Assembly (NCBI GenBank): GCA_964016885.1
Contig: OZ024740.1
Span: 78,306,001 to 78,370,000, forward strand
Direction: 5' to 3'
Length of the DNA stretch: 64,000 nt
Source of the DNA: Eledone cirrhosa
Taxonomy: Eukaryota
The position numbers were made by a program, and so were the translations under genes. The first letter of the stretch is position 1, and the number at the start of each line of letters is the position of its first letter. Of this stretch, positions 40,980 through 55,845 are shown one piece after another. A model generated the notes under the pieces. It ran no database searches and was not told the DNA's origin. It was given only the letters and a program-made list of their open reading frames with translations.

Positions 40980-43900
40980 TTAGATGCAAAATATTTGGAA
41001 TGTTTTACATATTTTTACTGTTCCATTAATGGATTGTACTTGTAATTTCCTAAATAGTTGTGTTCTTTCTGTTCCTGTGAAGCCTAGCTTCTCAAGATTT
41101 GTATTGAGGCAGTTACTAACATATCCCAGTGCCCCAATAATTACAGGCATAAATCTGAAGGTGTAATCAGTTCTGCATAAATATTCTCCTTTTCGCTAAT
41201 CTTTGATATTATATTGGCATCTGCTGGGCAGCTAACTTCCACCACTGTGCATGCTTTGTTTTCCCTGTCCCATATCATAATATCTGGTCTGTTATGTCTG
41301 CATTTTATTGGGGTTTTTACTGGAACATTCCACCAGTACTCTTTCATGTTATGTATATGGATGTCTTCCACATTGCTGTAACTTTTAATGTCTTTATTAT
41401 CGGGGCTATATTTTCTAAGGATTGCATTATAGAGTGTTTTGGCCACTACATCATGCCTCATAGGTAGATAGTACCGCGATGACATCTTTGGACAGCTGCT
41501 GATGACATGGGTGACATCTTCGATGTTAATTCTGCAGAGTCTGTACTTGTTATCACATCTAGGTGTTTTTCCTGCATTCCTATCTCTTTTGTGAATCAGG
41601 TATTTCGTGTTACTTTCCTGTTCTTGGATTGCAAAAGCGTATCCTTCAAAGTGGGAGCCGATATAGCGGTCGTTGGTCCAAGATAGACTACTTTCCTTAT
41701 CTATATTACTCTCACTCTGAAGCTTCCTGGCAACATATCCATGCATGATTTTTTGCTGATAAGCATGCAGTTTTTCATCCATGGATTCACTGCGATATTG
41801 CTGAGAGACTTCCCTGGGTGTGAGTTTTTGATTATCACACAGGGAATATCTCCCGAGGAGTTCCTTCCCAACTCTCATGATCTTATCTGTTTCATGCAGA
41901 TAGACTTTCTCGAGAGACGGGCTCCTGCGCTTCGAGGTTCGTAGATGTTGTCGGAGAGATATGATGCGACATTCAAATGCTGTCTGGACTGATGTTAGGC
42001 CTCTGCCTCCCTGCTTACATTTCAAGTAAAGGCGGTCTATGTCACTGTTGATGTGGAAGTTTCCGGTGTTGTTTAGTATTTTTCGAGTTCTAACATCAAC
42101 TGCTCGGATTTCGTCTATCGTCCAATTGAGTATTCCAAACGTTGGTGTTAGGACAGGCACAGCAAACACATTGTGAGCCACTGTTTTGTTTTGCGCAAAG
42201 AGTTCCGATGACCAAATCTTTCTTAATCGGCTGTAGTATTCCCTGGTTACGCGTTCCTTATTACAGATACCATTATAGGATATGTTCTCATCTATCCCCA
42301 GGTATCTGTAGCAGTCCTCATCAGATATCGGTGAAACAGTTAGGCCATTGATGACAATGTTGCTAGATTGGGTTGTTGGTTTTCCCCGCTTTACAGTCAT
42401 ATATGAGCATTTATCTTGGCCAAACTCCATTTCTATATCCTTTGAAAACCTTGTAACCTGGTCAAGATTTTTCTTCATCCCATCCATGTTCTTGGCCTAG
42501 AGTTTCAGATCATCCACAAAGAAATTATGGGTTAGGTTCATATTTCTATCCTCCTGTGAGCCAATGATGTATCCTTCACATTTCTTGAGCAGAAAGGACA
42601 AGGGGTTTAATGACAGGATGAATAATATCACAGAGAGACTGTCCCCCTGAAATATACCCCTGCAATATTTTATTTTATTAGTGAAAATAGAGTCCTCCCT
42701 CTCTGTCCTTAAGCCCAAGAAGAAGATAGCTTCTTTATGGATCTGATAATAATGTCTGGGACTTTACTATGTCGGAGGGCCTCTATCATCCAAGAGTGGG
42801 GAACAGAATCGAAAGCTTTCCTGTAGTCCAGCCAGACTGTAGTCATATTCCTCCTAAGTTGTCGCACCTCCGACATCGCAGTTTTGTTGATTAGGAGTTG
42901 TTCAGCACATCCCCAAACCCCTTTCTTTCAAGCTGCTTGTTCATCTGTGATGATGTTATTATTTTCACAGTGATCTTGGAGGAATAGGTTCAGGCAGGCT
43001 GTATACATCTTATACATCAGGTTCTGGCATGCAATGGGTCGGTAGTTTTTTGCCAGGTGGGTGTCTTTGTTCTTGGGGACCAGTAATGTTTGTGCTAATG
43101 TCAACCATTCTGGTATAAGTGTATCTCCCTTAAGAACTTGTTGGTAGAGGTCAGTAAGATTCCTCCGATAGAATATCAGTGTTTTGTACCAGTAGCCGAC
43201 AATCATGTCTCTTCCTGGTGTTTTCTTATCTTGGACTTTTCCTATCACAGTCTCAAGGGTAGCCTCATTTATTTCGTATGTTTTTGTTGTAGTGTAGGAG
43301 CAATAGTTCATTCGGATTTCTTTTAGCCACACTGCATCTTGGTTGAAATTCTTCTTTTCACCCCATATTTTTCTCCAAAAGGAATCTATGTCTTTCTGGG
43401 ATGGGGCCTCAGTGACACTTATTATTTTGCCCTTTATATCTCTATAGACTGATGTTTGGTTTCGTCTGAATCTTTTATTAAGCACTTTTCTTTCATCTAC
43501 CTTCTTCAGGTATCGGCGTTTTCGCTAACAGCTCTCAATTCTTGTTTGAGGGTGATCAGCTTATATTGAAGAGTTCTGGTTTTACTGTTACCAAACATCG
43601 TCTCTATTTTATTTTTCACTATTTGTTGGTGAGGAGTGAGGTTTTCTTGTGTTTGTTTGCATGTAAGGAGCATTGTCACATATGCTATGGTTTTTCGTAG
43701 GTCAGCAATCTTTTTTTGTATTTTAGTTATATATGATGGTATTTTTGGTGGCGTTTTGTTCTTGTTAATATCTCTGCTATCACCAAGATAATGCTTCACT
43801 GTCGTTGCTAAGGCATATAAACAGGCGTTGATTTGCCAAAATGTTGGGGTTTTTATTCGTCGTAAATATTCATCCCCTATTTGGTCAATAACACGTAATA

Positions 43901-44800
43901 TTTCATTATTTGTTTTTGTTTTTGTTTTATTAAATAGTGTTGTTTTAATACGTTCAGCAAGTGAGATAAATTAATTTCTCTCTGGAAGATTTCGTTGAGA
44001 GAAATTTTCAATTGTTTATACTTTTGATTATTATCATTATCGATAGTATTTTCCACAATAGTCGAGGTAGACACGGATGGTACATGTGGTGTCAAATTTC
44101 TTCGATTATTATTATTATCGATAGTGTTTTCCCCAGCATTCGAGGTAGACTTAGATGGTACACGTGGTGTCAAGTTTCTTACAGGTATAGTTGTTTCAAG
44201 ACGCTGTTCGACTTGGCTGCTAGGAAGTCTAGTAGCATGGCGACCTGTAGCACGTGTTGTTAATCCCATGTTTGTTGTAGGGGACTTACAATATTTATCT
44301 TATTTTTACGTTCAACAAACGTCGCTTGTTGGCGTAATTGTTTCGCTGTGAAGTGATTTAACTCTGGGTGTATTTCGTCCCAGTGTAGCTTCATTCTGTT
44401 CATATAGCCAATGGAGGGATAGTTTTTTGCCATTTTATAACAATTAAATAAATCATCATTAAGTTCGCAACTCCAAGAGAAATGCGATTTATAATTTCGG
44501 TTTCTTCTGTAGCTACAACTGAATACATTTTGTTTACCTTTCTAGTTTTTCTTCGGTACTTCCTTAATGTTGTTGTTGTTGATGTTGTGTTAAGCCATGC
44601 TGTTTGTAGCAAATCCTTGTAAAATGAATTATGTATTTTGTCGGATACCTCTACGAATTCGAATAAAAGGTGTCTTCAGTAGATATAGTTAGAAGAATAC
44701 CCAGTTATTCAACATGACTGGTAGTTGTGGCATTACTGTCGGAGATAGTATTCATTTTAAATTTAATGAATAGTCTCCCACACCAAAATATGCGCCTGAT
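40980..44800 (-). mobile_element. R4/Dong-like non-LTR retrotransposon (RT + CCHC + restriction-like endonuclease), disrupted
   Basis: Motifs: NYRPIAC, LDYRKAFDSVPH, GIFQGDSLS, FVDDLKL, YRYLGI, GGRGL, HVISSC..RHD, RPDIMIWD..VVEVSCP. Broken by stops and frameshifts (ORFs 41141-42487, 42497-42718, 42928-43485, 43506-43799). Confidence 0.88.
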
Positions 44801-45146
44801 CGCGTTGACTGACTATGTATGTGTGTATGTATGTATGTATTTCTATATTTTAGATGTGTGCACATGCCTATAAATCTGTGTGTGTTTATGTATGTCTATA
44901 TGTAAGATGTGTGTACATATATATATAGTTGTGTGTACGGGTGTATGGTCGTATGTATATATATACGTGTATATATATATGTATGTATATACGTCTATCA
45001 ATGTATGCGTATATTTGAAGAGATATGTGTACACATTTATAGATGTGTGTGTGTATGTGAATCCATATATAACATATGTGTACATATTTATAGATGTATA
45101 ATCTATATGTATGTATGTATGTTTATATGTGAGATGCATGTATACC

Positions 45147-45193
<47 letters not shown>

Positions 45194-45530
45194 TGTGTGT
45201 GTATGTATGTAAGTGAGATGTGTTAACATATCTGTATGTTTTGTGTGTGTGTGTGTGCGTGTGTGTGTTGACTAGTGCGTGTATATATGAATATATGTAT
45301 GTAGGATGCGTGTACAAATATATACACGTGTGATGTGTGTGTATGTATGAATGTATGTAAGTGCGATGTGTTTACATATTTGTCGGTTTTGTGCGTGTGT
45401 GCGTGTGTATGTGTGTATGTGTATGTGTATGTGTGAGTGTGTGTGTGTGTGAGTGCGCGTGTGTCTGTATGTGTGAGTGTGTGTGCGTATGTGTTAGAGT
45501 GTTTGTGTGTATGTGTGAGTGTGTGTGTAT

Positions 45531-45562
<32 letters not shown>

Positions 45563-45953
45563 TGACTGGTGCATATTGCTCCGGGGTAAATCACTAGAGA
45601 GCGCCAATCTGTTGCACCTAAAGTACTGATTATAACAAAACTTTTCGTCATTCACCAAACCTTCTTCTACTACTATTACACTAATTTACACACACACACA
45701 CACGCACGCACATACACACACAGACACACACATACACTCACACACACAAAGCCTACAGTTATGTTTACACATCTCACATATGTATATATTCATATATACA
45801 CACACCAGTCAACACATATATATATAAATATACTCACACATACACACATACATACACACACACACGCATATACACATACATACATACGTAAACACGCATA
45901 CAGACACGCATATTATATATATATATATACATGTGTGTGTAGTATATATATAA

Positions 45954-46022
<69 letters not shown>

Positions 46023-46041
46023 AGTGTATGTGTGTTTATGC

Positions 46042-46097
<56 letters not shown>

Positions 46098-46265
46098 GCA
46101 TACACAAATATTTATGTGCGGGTAAGTAAAAAACAGTCCGTCTATCTCTCTTTTTTTTCCTCACTTTACATATATCTATGTGCGTGTGTGTATATGTGCG
46201 TGTGTGTATATGTGCGTGTGTGTATATGTGCGTGTGTGTATAAGCGCATATGCACATACAAATCG

Positions 46266-46358
46266 TGAGAGTTGGGCTTCACAGAACCAGAAAGAACACG
46301 ACTAGTGAGGAAGTTACAAGTACAACCCATTAATGGAACTGTAAAAATATGTAAAACA
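46266..46358 (+). mobile_element. Diverged 3'-end fragment of the R4-like element, opposite orientation
   Basis: Matches the reverse complement of ~41000-41095 (LGFT..ERT.L.RKLQVQ.INGTVKICKT). Confidence 0.7.
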
Positions 46359-48158
46359 ACCAGGTAGAGAGAACCCAATCGTGGGTGACGAGGTAGAATG
46401 TGTCTTTATATAAAAATTTCCGTTGGCCCTTGTGATGTGCGGCCGATTGTCGCACTTGGTGGTGAATTGATGGTCGTTTTTCTTTTTGTTTCCTTTTTTT
46501 TTCTTTTTCTCCCTTTGGTCGCATATTTTAGGGCGTTATATTTGTAAGGTTCCTTGCAATAGTTAATTGTATTTGTTATATGTGTTTATATTTCTGTTGA
46601 TATTTTCATCCCGAACGAATTGTGAACAATGGCTGAGTGCTCCACTGACATGTGTATCCTTAATTCAAATTCTCATAATACATTACGTGACATGGATGAA
46701 TAGTTGAACTACAAGTACAATTAATACATGGGCTTCTATTCTGTTACCGTCCATCCAATTTCATTCAAAAGGCATGGGTCGATCCGAAGCTATGATTAAG
46801 ACACTTGCGCAAGAAGCCTCGCAATGAGGTCGAACCGGGAACTTTATGCATGTGAAGTGAACATTTTAACCACTCAAGATTGCCCGTCTATCCCCAAATA
46901 GATCTACATTCGCTGTGAAACATCATAACATAGGACGAATATTATCACAAGAACAGATTTTTAAATAATTTATAACCACTATGTCCAACAATCAAACAAT
47001 CGCAGAGTTCCGTATTTTTAGGTCTTTGTGTGGCTTAGTTAAATCTAGGATGAGCGTTTCTACAATTGTTTGAAAGTGTGCACAGGACTCTTTAATGCTA
47101 CTTTGGTTGGGTTTAAGTTACGCTTTAAAATAGTGGTTTTGTTGAGTTTTACAGATTCGTGGGAGTTGGCTGTGTTGGTACGAGTTGAGTTGTTCTAAAT
47201 GTTAATCAGTGTAGTGCTTTTTTCAGGCCTTAGATGTTTTAGGTGTAAGTTTTATCGAATCATAAGACTTGAATTTCGACATTTCCATGTGGTGTTCTGT
47301 TGTCAGACGGAAGCAAGTAATCGTTGTTGTTCTTGGTGGATAAGTACCTATCCAGAATCTTGTGTTCTTGTCTTTTTTGTACTGCTTTGTGGGAGTTGGT
47401 CTTAAGAAATTGTTTGGGAAGATGCTGCTTGCTGTTGGAGTGTATATGTGTTATTTGAGGTTTAATTCTGATATGCGGTGTGACGTGTCTGTTGTTGACG
47501 TTGCTAATTGCTTTGTAGTATTTTCTTTCTTTGTTTGTGGTTTGTGTTGGATACGAATGTTTGCCAGCTTTCTGTTTTTCTATGGTTTATTTTCTTTGTT
47601 ATTTATATTTTGTTATTTGATGTCAAATGTGTAGAAATAGTCGGCGGATCTTTTCTATATGGGCTGAACCCCCATGTACAGCTCCGTTGGAATTGAATCT
47701 GAGCCAAAGGTTTTTCCACTGGAGAGTATATATCGTTTACCGAGATTCAAGAATTCTGAAGACATGTCTAGCTCTTCGTTAATGAATTCGGGAGGAAAAC
47801 GGTTTTTGTTTTCGTTGTTGAAAGATAAAATGTTCGGTTAACGTTCGAGAATATTCTCCTTATCAGAGGACATGATTCTTTTTGAGGATGTGAGACAATA
47901 GTCTTCTGTCAGGCCGGGTAATGTAGATGTTTTTCATGCCACATTAATCAGCATAATCTTGGAATAAGTGTGATTGCACTTAGCAGAGTTTCTGCTGCAC
48001 AATTCTACTTTGAATTATAGACTTTTAATTCTTATATCAGGCTGCATGGTTGTTTATATACCCGGTAATCCTGGTATGTATGGCATATTAATCATGTACT
48101 CCAACAATTAAATACATTCAACAATATTGTTGTCATTATTGACGGCACGAATTCACTA

Positions 48159-48516
<358 letters not shown>

Positions 48517-48526
48517 ATATATCTAT

Positions 48527-49504
48527 ATACACACAGTTCAAGAGTAACCAATCTTAAAGAGCGAGATGGAGATAGGAGAGGAGATAGGAGAGGAGAGATT
48601 GGTGAATTAGTTAGAAGCCAAAGCGTAAAGGCATGTGCTCAATGTGCAATATTGCAGTGGAATGCAGCTAGGTGGCTAGGTTCATGCAGACGTTTGGCGC
48701 GCAGAGCTGGAAATATTCATGAGTTAAGCAAAACAAGACCGCAAATTTCACAAGGAAGACATTATTAAAAGATTGTCAACATATTTTAGTTTGATGTAGA
48801 GAATAATAATAATAATATTAATAACAATTATGTCCGTTTGCAATTGTTTCGCTACTCCATATAATATTTCTGGATCAAATGACTATATATTGAAAATAAT
48901 TGACATAGTTGAAAATAATTAACATATTTAAAAACAGAGCGGCTCATCGGAACTTCAAAGGAATATAAATTAAGATAAGGAGAGAATGTTACATGAATGT
49001 AATGTTCCATATATTGGTATTTCACTATGGTGCCCTGGGTGTATCAATTGTCAGCCATAATCAAGCAGTATTCATCTGTCGAGGCTGCATTGTGTGAGAT
49101 CTGCCTATAGGTTACCCATAGGCAGATCTCACACAATGCAGCCTCGACAGATGAATACTGCTTGATTATGGCTGACAATTGATACACCCAGGGCACCATA
49201 GTGAAATACCAATATATGGAACATTACATTCATGTAACATTCTCTCCTTATCTTAATTTATATTCCTTTGAAGTTCCGATGAGCCGCTCTGTTTTTAAAT
49301 ATGTTAATTATTTTCAACTAAACCAGATCAATAATGATATATAGTCATTTGATCCAGAAATATCATATGGAGTAGCGAAACAATTGTAAACGGACATTAT
49401 TATTATTAATATTATTATTATTCTCTACATCAAACTAAAATATGTTGACAATCTTTTAATAATGTCTTCCTTGTGAAATTTGTGGTCTTGTTTTGCTTAA
49501 CTAA

Positions 49505-49511
<7 letters not shown>
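48527..49511. mobile_element. Large near-zero-spacer palindromic cassette with two hammerheads
   Basis: Arms ~48713-49108 and ~49118-49511. HHRs at 48836-48953 (minus, U16.1 mutated) and 49273-49391 (plus). Confidence 0.88.
49273..49391 (+). ncRNA. Hammerhead variant (CCGAUGA) with large loop II insertion
   Basis: gtt-CCGATGA-gccgctc..gagtagc-GAAA-caattg-TA-aac. Confidence 0.7.
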
Positions 49512-49587
<76 letters not shown>

Positions 49588-49588
49588 C

Positions 49589-49621
<33 letters not shown>

Positions 49622-49633
49622 GTATATATATAC

Positions 49634-49873
<240 letters not shown>

Positions 49874-50220
49874 ATATGTATATATATATATGTATTTTAA
49901 GGAACGATCGACTTTCGTCAAATCGGACCGAGGAAACAATGTTTTCGTCGGTCTTTCCAGTTGCTAGCACTATCTATCGGTCGCAACTCCAGGTAGAAGG
50001 AGCAACGTGAAATAAAGTGTCTTGCTCAAGGACATAACGCATCGCCCGGTCCAGGAATCGGACTCACAATCTCAGGATTGTGAATCCAATTCTCTAACCA
50101 CTCAGCCACACGCCTTCATATACATATACATATATATATATATATACATATATATGTATATGTATATATATGTATGTATAAGCATATGTATACATATCTA
50201 TCTATCTATCTATCTATTTA

Positions 50221-50306
<86 letters not shown>

Positions 50307-51099
50307 AATGAAACGAAATTTCATTTCTCACTCTTAGTACGGTTGGTACTTAAATGTAAGTATGTATGTATACGTACATACATATATGTATACAGACGTA
50401 CAGTAGTATGTATATATATATACATACATGCACATATACATACATATATATATATCTATGTATATGTATAACAATATATATATATATATATATGTATAAC
50501 AATATATATATATATATATATATAAGCATATGTATACATATCTATCTAGCTATCTATATATCTATATAAAAAGTATATATGGATGGATATTTAATCACAT
50601 GCACGCACGCAATCACATATACACACACACAGCTGTATGTGTATGGATGGGTAGATAGAAAGGGGTGTGAGGTTGACATAGAGGCGATAATAGTACAATT
50701 GCCTGGCAGGTAAAGATCAGAACTCCTTCATGAATTAAGTAAACAGATAAAGTGTTTGTGCAGACGACCGTAACATAACTACTAAATGAGCAGTCTACCC
50801 GAGGTACATGCACTTGTCGTAGGGTTGCTTGGTTATCAATTAGTTGAATATTCATTGGATATTGTTTGTCGTTCTTTTCTTTTATTTGATATATTTAGAA
50901 GCGCGTGACATAGTAGTTGGTGTGATAGGATCTCAATCGTAAGATGGTGGGTTTGATTCACAGGCAAGGCGATGTGTTGTGTGTGTAAGCAAGGCACTTC
51001 ACTTCCTATTGTGCCATCCCACTCAGCTGAAAATAAATATTAGTACCAACACCAGCAGGGGCTTAAGTTTATGGCGGGCTAATGTCTTGTAACTGCTAT

Positions 51100-52290
51100 A
51101 TTGTAACTGATGCATGTAACTGGTATGTCGTTACTTTTGAGTGTCGTAACTGGTGTGTCGTAACTGGTATGTCGTTACTTTTGAGTGTCGTAACTGGTGT
51201 GTCGTAACTGGTATGTCGTTACTTTTGAGTGTCGTAACTGGTGTGTCGTAACTGGTATGTCGTTACTTTTGAGTGTCGTAACTGGTGTGTCGTAACTGGT
51301 GTGTCGTAACTGGTGTGTCGTAACTGGTGTGTCGTAACTGGTATGTCGTTACTTTTGAGTGTCATAACTAGTGTGTCGTAACTGGTGTGTCGTAACTGGT
51401 GTGTCGTTACTTTTGAGTGTCGTAACTGGTGTGTCGTAACTGGTGTGTCGTAACTGGTGTATCGTAACTGGTGTGTCGTAACTGGTATGTCGTTACTTTT
51501 GAGTGTCGTAACTGGTGTGTCGTAACTGGTATGGCGTTACTTTTGAGTGTCGTAACTGGTATGTCGTTACTTTTGTGTGTCGTAACTGGTATGTCGTTAC
51601 TTTTGTGTGTCGTAACTGGTGTGTCGTAACTGGTGTGTCGTAACTGGTATATCGTTACCTTTGTGTGTCGTAACTGGTATGTCATTACTTTAGAGTGTCG
51701 TAACTGGTGTGTCGTAACTGGTATGTCGTTACTTTTGAGTATCGTAACTGGTGTGTCGTAACTTTTGAGTGTCGTAACTGGTATGTCGTTACTTTTGAGT
51801 GTCGTAACTGGTATGTCGTTACTTTTGTGTGTCATAACTGGTGTGTCGTAAGTGGTGTGTCGTAACTGGTGTGTCGTAACTGGTGTGTCGTAACTGGTAT
51901 GTCGTAATTTGTGTGTCGTAACTGGTATGTCGTTACTTTTGTGCGTCGTAACTGATATGTCGCAACTAGTGTGTCGTAACTGGTGTGTCGTAACTGATAT
52001 GTCGTAACTGGTGTGTCATAACTTGTGTGTTAACTGGTGTGTCGTAACTGGTATGTCGTAACTGGTGTGTCGTAATTTGTCTGTCGTAATTGGTGTGTCG
52101 TAACTGGTATGTCGTAACTGGTATGTCGTAACTGGTATGTCGTAACTAGTGTGTCGTGACTGGTATGTCGTAATTTGTGTGTCGTGTGTTGTAACTGGTG
52201 TGTCGTAACTGGTGTGTCGTAACTGGTATGTCGTAACTGATGTGTCGTAACTGGTGTGTTCTAACTGGTGTGTTCTAACTGGTGTGACAT
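51100..52290. repeat. Satellite of mixed 14-bp and 16-bp units
   Basis: Units gtgtcgtaactggt and atgtcgttacttttga, giving a local 44-bp higher-order period. Confidence 0.92.
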
Positions 52291-52578
52291 AATTAAGTGC
52301 TTCACAAAACTAGGTAAACACTGGCCTAAATGAACTCCTAGGCGCGAGAAAAACCAACTTTTTAGTGAGAGGAGGAAGGGTAGCACACAAAATCCTTTTA
52401 AGCGCTTTCGAGACCAATAAGAAGAAACCTGGCTCAAATGCTTGAAACAGTGAGGACTTAACTTAGGATAACTATGGTCGACGTAGGGGTGTTAAAATGG
52501 GCAATGGGTTGAGTCTCCCACCCCAGAATAATGGTGAGTGTTGTGAATAGATTGTTGTTGTCGGGTAGAGGAGTTCAT

Positions 52579-52579
52579 G

Positions 52580-52635
<56 letters not shown>

Positions 52636-52855
52636 TGTGGTGGTGGTGGTGGTGGTGGTGGTGGTGGTGGTGGTGGTGGTGGTGGTGGTGGTGGTGGTGG
52701 TACTAGTAGTAGTAGTGGTGGTGGTGGTGGTGGTGGTGGTGGTAGTAGTGGTGGTGGTGGTAGTAGTAGTAGTAGTGGTGGTGGTGGTGGTGGTGGTGGT
52801 GGTGGTAGTAGTAGTAGTGGTGGTGGTGGTTGTAGTAGTGGTGGTGGTGGTGGTG

Positions 52856-52905
<50 letters not shown>

Positions 52906-52960
52906 GGTGGTGGTTGTAGTAGTGGTGGTGGTGGTGGTGGTGGTGGTGGTGGTGGTGGTG

Positions 52961-53015
<55 letters not shown>
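52579..53015. repeat. (GTA)n/(GGT)n compound microsatellite (a similar tract lies at 7521-7685)
   Basis: Direct inspection. Confidence 0.95.
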
Positions 53016-53594
53016 GTAGTGTTGTTTTTCTAAAGAAAGATATTACCAGTGAAAGTGCAACAGCAATCTTGCTCTCATGCACCGTTGTTTTGTTAAAAGG
53101 GTGTATGTGCAACAGGCAGAATACCTCTAATTAAATCACAGGTGTGAATAAAGATGAAGCAAGCAGGTAGAGTGGGGTGGATGAAGCGGGTATTTTTGGT
53201 TATTTGTGCGATATCTCGTCCCAAACTGATGTTGATAAGGCGTGTTCTCTGCAGATGGTGAGAGTAGCTTCTGTTTTCGTTTGTTACTTGGCGTACATAG
53301 AATAATTTGCACCTGTAAAGTCTTCTATAGTATCTTATGGTTCAGGAGGGGAGGCGAAGGGGGATGCAGGTGTGTATGTGGGGGATGGGGGTGAGTCCTC
53401 AGCGAGAAAGGTTACCCGGTTTACTTTCAATTTTTTTTTTGTTTATTGGCAGTTGATTGGCAGTGTCAGTGGAGCGCCAAACACCATGATTTGCGGCATA
53501 TATCATAGTTATGGCCTATTATGTTCTGAGTTCAAATCCTGTCGGGGTTAGCTTTGCCTTTCATGCTTACGGGGTCGATAAAATAAAGAATTAT

Positions 53595-53893
53595 TAACTG
53601 GGTTAGAATGTCTTAGGAAAGAATCGCTGAACAGATTTTACGGGCAAAACCAACCGGCAGTGGACCCAGAGGTAGACCCAAAGCAAGATGGTTGGATAAC
53701 ATCCATGAACTTGGCTGGTCTCGCTTGAAGATCCAGCCGGATCAGTTGGAGACGGTTGCTTCTGACAGGACCCGCTGGAAGGTGTATTTGAGGACTCTGC
53801 CCCCACGACATTCTCATGGATAAGTTGGTGAAGAAGAAGAAGAAGAAGAAGAAGAAGAAGAAGAAGAAGAAGAAGAAGAAGAAGAAGAAGAAA
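53595..53893 (+). mobile_element. RTE LINE 3' end with (GAA)n tail, inserted into a SINE
   Basis: Translates KPTGSGPRGRPKARWLDNI..DRTRWK. SINE halves lie at 53455-53590 and 53894-53970. Confidence 0.75.
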
Positions 53894-54530
53894 CGCACTG
53901 GGGTCGATTGACTTTCCCCTCCCTCAAAAGTGTTTGTCCTTTGTGCCTAAATCAGAAACCATTATTTTCCCCATACATATACATACAGGTTTTACGAAAG
54001 ACACTGGTGTTATTTTAGTGATATATATAATTTCGAAGTCACTGTCTCTATTTTCTTCGAAAAATATAACTTATGCTCTGCTTACATGTATTGCTTGACC
54101 ATTCTATAATAAAGTACCAGTAACGCACTGGTGTCGATTTGATTGACTTTCACCTCCTCCAAAATTGTTGGTCTCGTGCCTAAATCAGAAACCAATATCG
54201 TTTTTGTTTGAAGACTTGAAAATACTTCTTTTATAAGTAGATGTAGTTATATAAAATGTATATTATATAATTTATGTTTGTGTAGTGGAGTATGTATACA
54301 CATATAATTGTTTTTGTCTCTGATTTCAGTCATAAGACTGCAGCCATGTTGAAATATCGCCTTGAAGCGATTTAGTCGAATATCGACATCAGAATTTTTC
54401 TCGAGCTTGTTTTGTCAAATTGTTATGTTACATGCCATAAACATGCATACACATACACACATATATATGCACATATTCATACACACACACTTGCATATAT
54501 ATATATATTCTCTTCCCACCCACTTTTCTC

Positions 54531-54558
54531 CTGAAGAAGGGCTTATGCCCGAAACGTC
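54531..54558 (+). ncRNA. Hammerhead core lacking stem I
   Basis: CTGAAGA-a-gggc ttat gccc-GAAA-cg-TC followed by a C-run. Confidence 0.5.
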
Positions 54559-54764
54559 CCCCCCCCCCACTCTCAAGAGCGTGAAACTAATAAACCTTTG
54601 TTTTACTGCCTATCTGTTTTGTTCCCGTTCCATTTTTCACTATATATATTATATATATATAGTTGAAACTCGAACAGTCGACACCACTGTTGCGACAGCT
54701 GGCATATCACAGACATTGTTTACATTTACTGGCACTCCTAAAGCGATCATAATAGGTGGCCATG

Positions 54765-54838
54765 GACTCTTTGACGTAGTAGTTAAACGCATTCGCTCGG
54801 CATTCGAGAGATTCTGGGTTCGATTCCTCGCAGGCGCT
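54765..54838 (+). other. tRNA-like (Pol III A/B box) sequence inside a repeat; a similar motif lies at ~6188-6260 minus
   Basis: tgacgtagtagtt A-box-like and gggttcgattcc T-loop, but no good acceptor stem. Confidence 0.35.
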
Positions 54839-55427
54839 TCTGTTCATTTTCCCCTGTCTCCTGGAATCAGCAAAATGATATTCACCCCATCCTTGGATAG
54901 AGATTCTTCGATCGAGCCGTATAATATTACAATGAATCAAGAAGTAACATTGATTAGAATTCAGTTTATCTAGAGAATCCTCCTATCCTACGCCGAAGAG
55001 AATTAAGAAGAAAAAAAATCACTACGGGATGGTGATCAATAACGGTAAGAGGAAACGAAGAAGAGCGCAGAAAGATGACGACATGACATCGACAAATATT
55101 GAATCACTGGCAATATCTAATAAGAGTCCTACAAATCTGTTAACGGTATGTTGAGGTTTATATACAGCAGTGGACTGACAACAGCTGACAACAGCGATAC
55201 AGAGGGTCACAACAGCGATATAGAGGACCAACAACAGTGATACAAAAGAGAAGCAACATTGATGCAGAGGAACACCAGCTGGTGTGCAGACGAAACACAG
55301 CAACGGTGTAGAACTGTAACTATACACAAGAATAAAAGCAACTGCACAGAAAAATAAATGAGAGACAGACCTAAAAGTTAAACAGAGAACGGCATATGTG
55401 CAGCAGAAGAGCAATTGTTATAATATA

Positions 55428-55845
55428 GGTTTCTGATTTAGGCAAAAGGCAAACAATTTTGGGGAAGGAGAAAATCGACTAAATCGACCCCAGTGCATTA
55501 CTGGTAATTTATTTTATCGATTCCGTAAGGATGAAAGGCAAAGCTAACCTCAGCAGGATTTGAACTCAGATCCTAAAGGGCCGTAACTCTGTGCCATAAA
55601 TCATGTTGTCCGACACTCCATCGATTCTGCCAATCCACCACTCTGTTATAATTAATTGTTATAATTGTGTCTACTTTTGGCACAAGGCCAGCAATTACTC
55701 AGTACATTACTGGTACTTTATTTTATCGACTCCATAAGGATGAAAGGCAAAGTTAACCTCGGCGGGATTTGAACTCAGAATGGCAAGGGCCGTAACTCTA
55801 TGCGTCAAAGCATGGCGTCTGACCCTCTACTGATACTGCCAATCA
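55428..55845 (-). mobile_element. Two tandem SINE family 1 copies
   Basis: Copies at ~55428-55640 and ~55665-55845. Confidence 0.8.

Noticed and set aside
46990-48150. Strand-biased region resembling a decayed retroelement ORF on the minus strand
   Set aside because: I could not recognise a diagnostic motif; it needs a tblastx or HMM search.
51100-52290. CRISPR-like appearance
   Set aside because: No unique spacers, no cas genes and a eukaryotic context.
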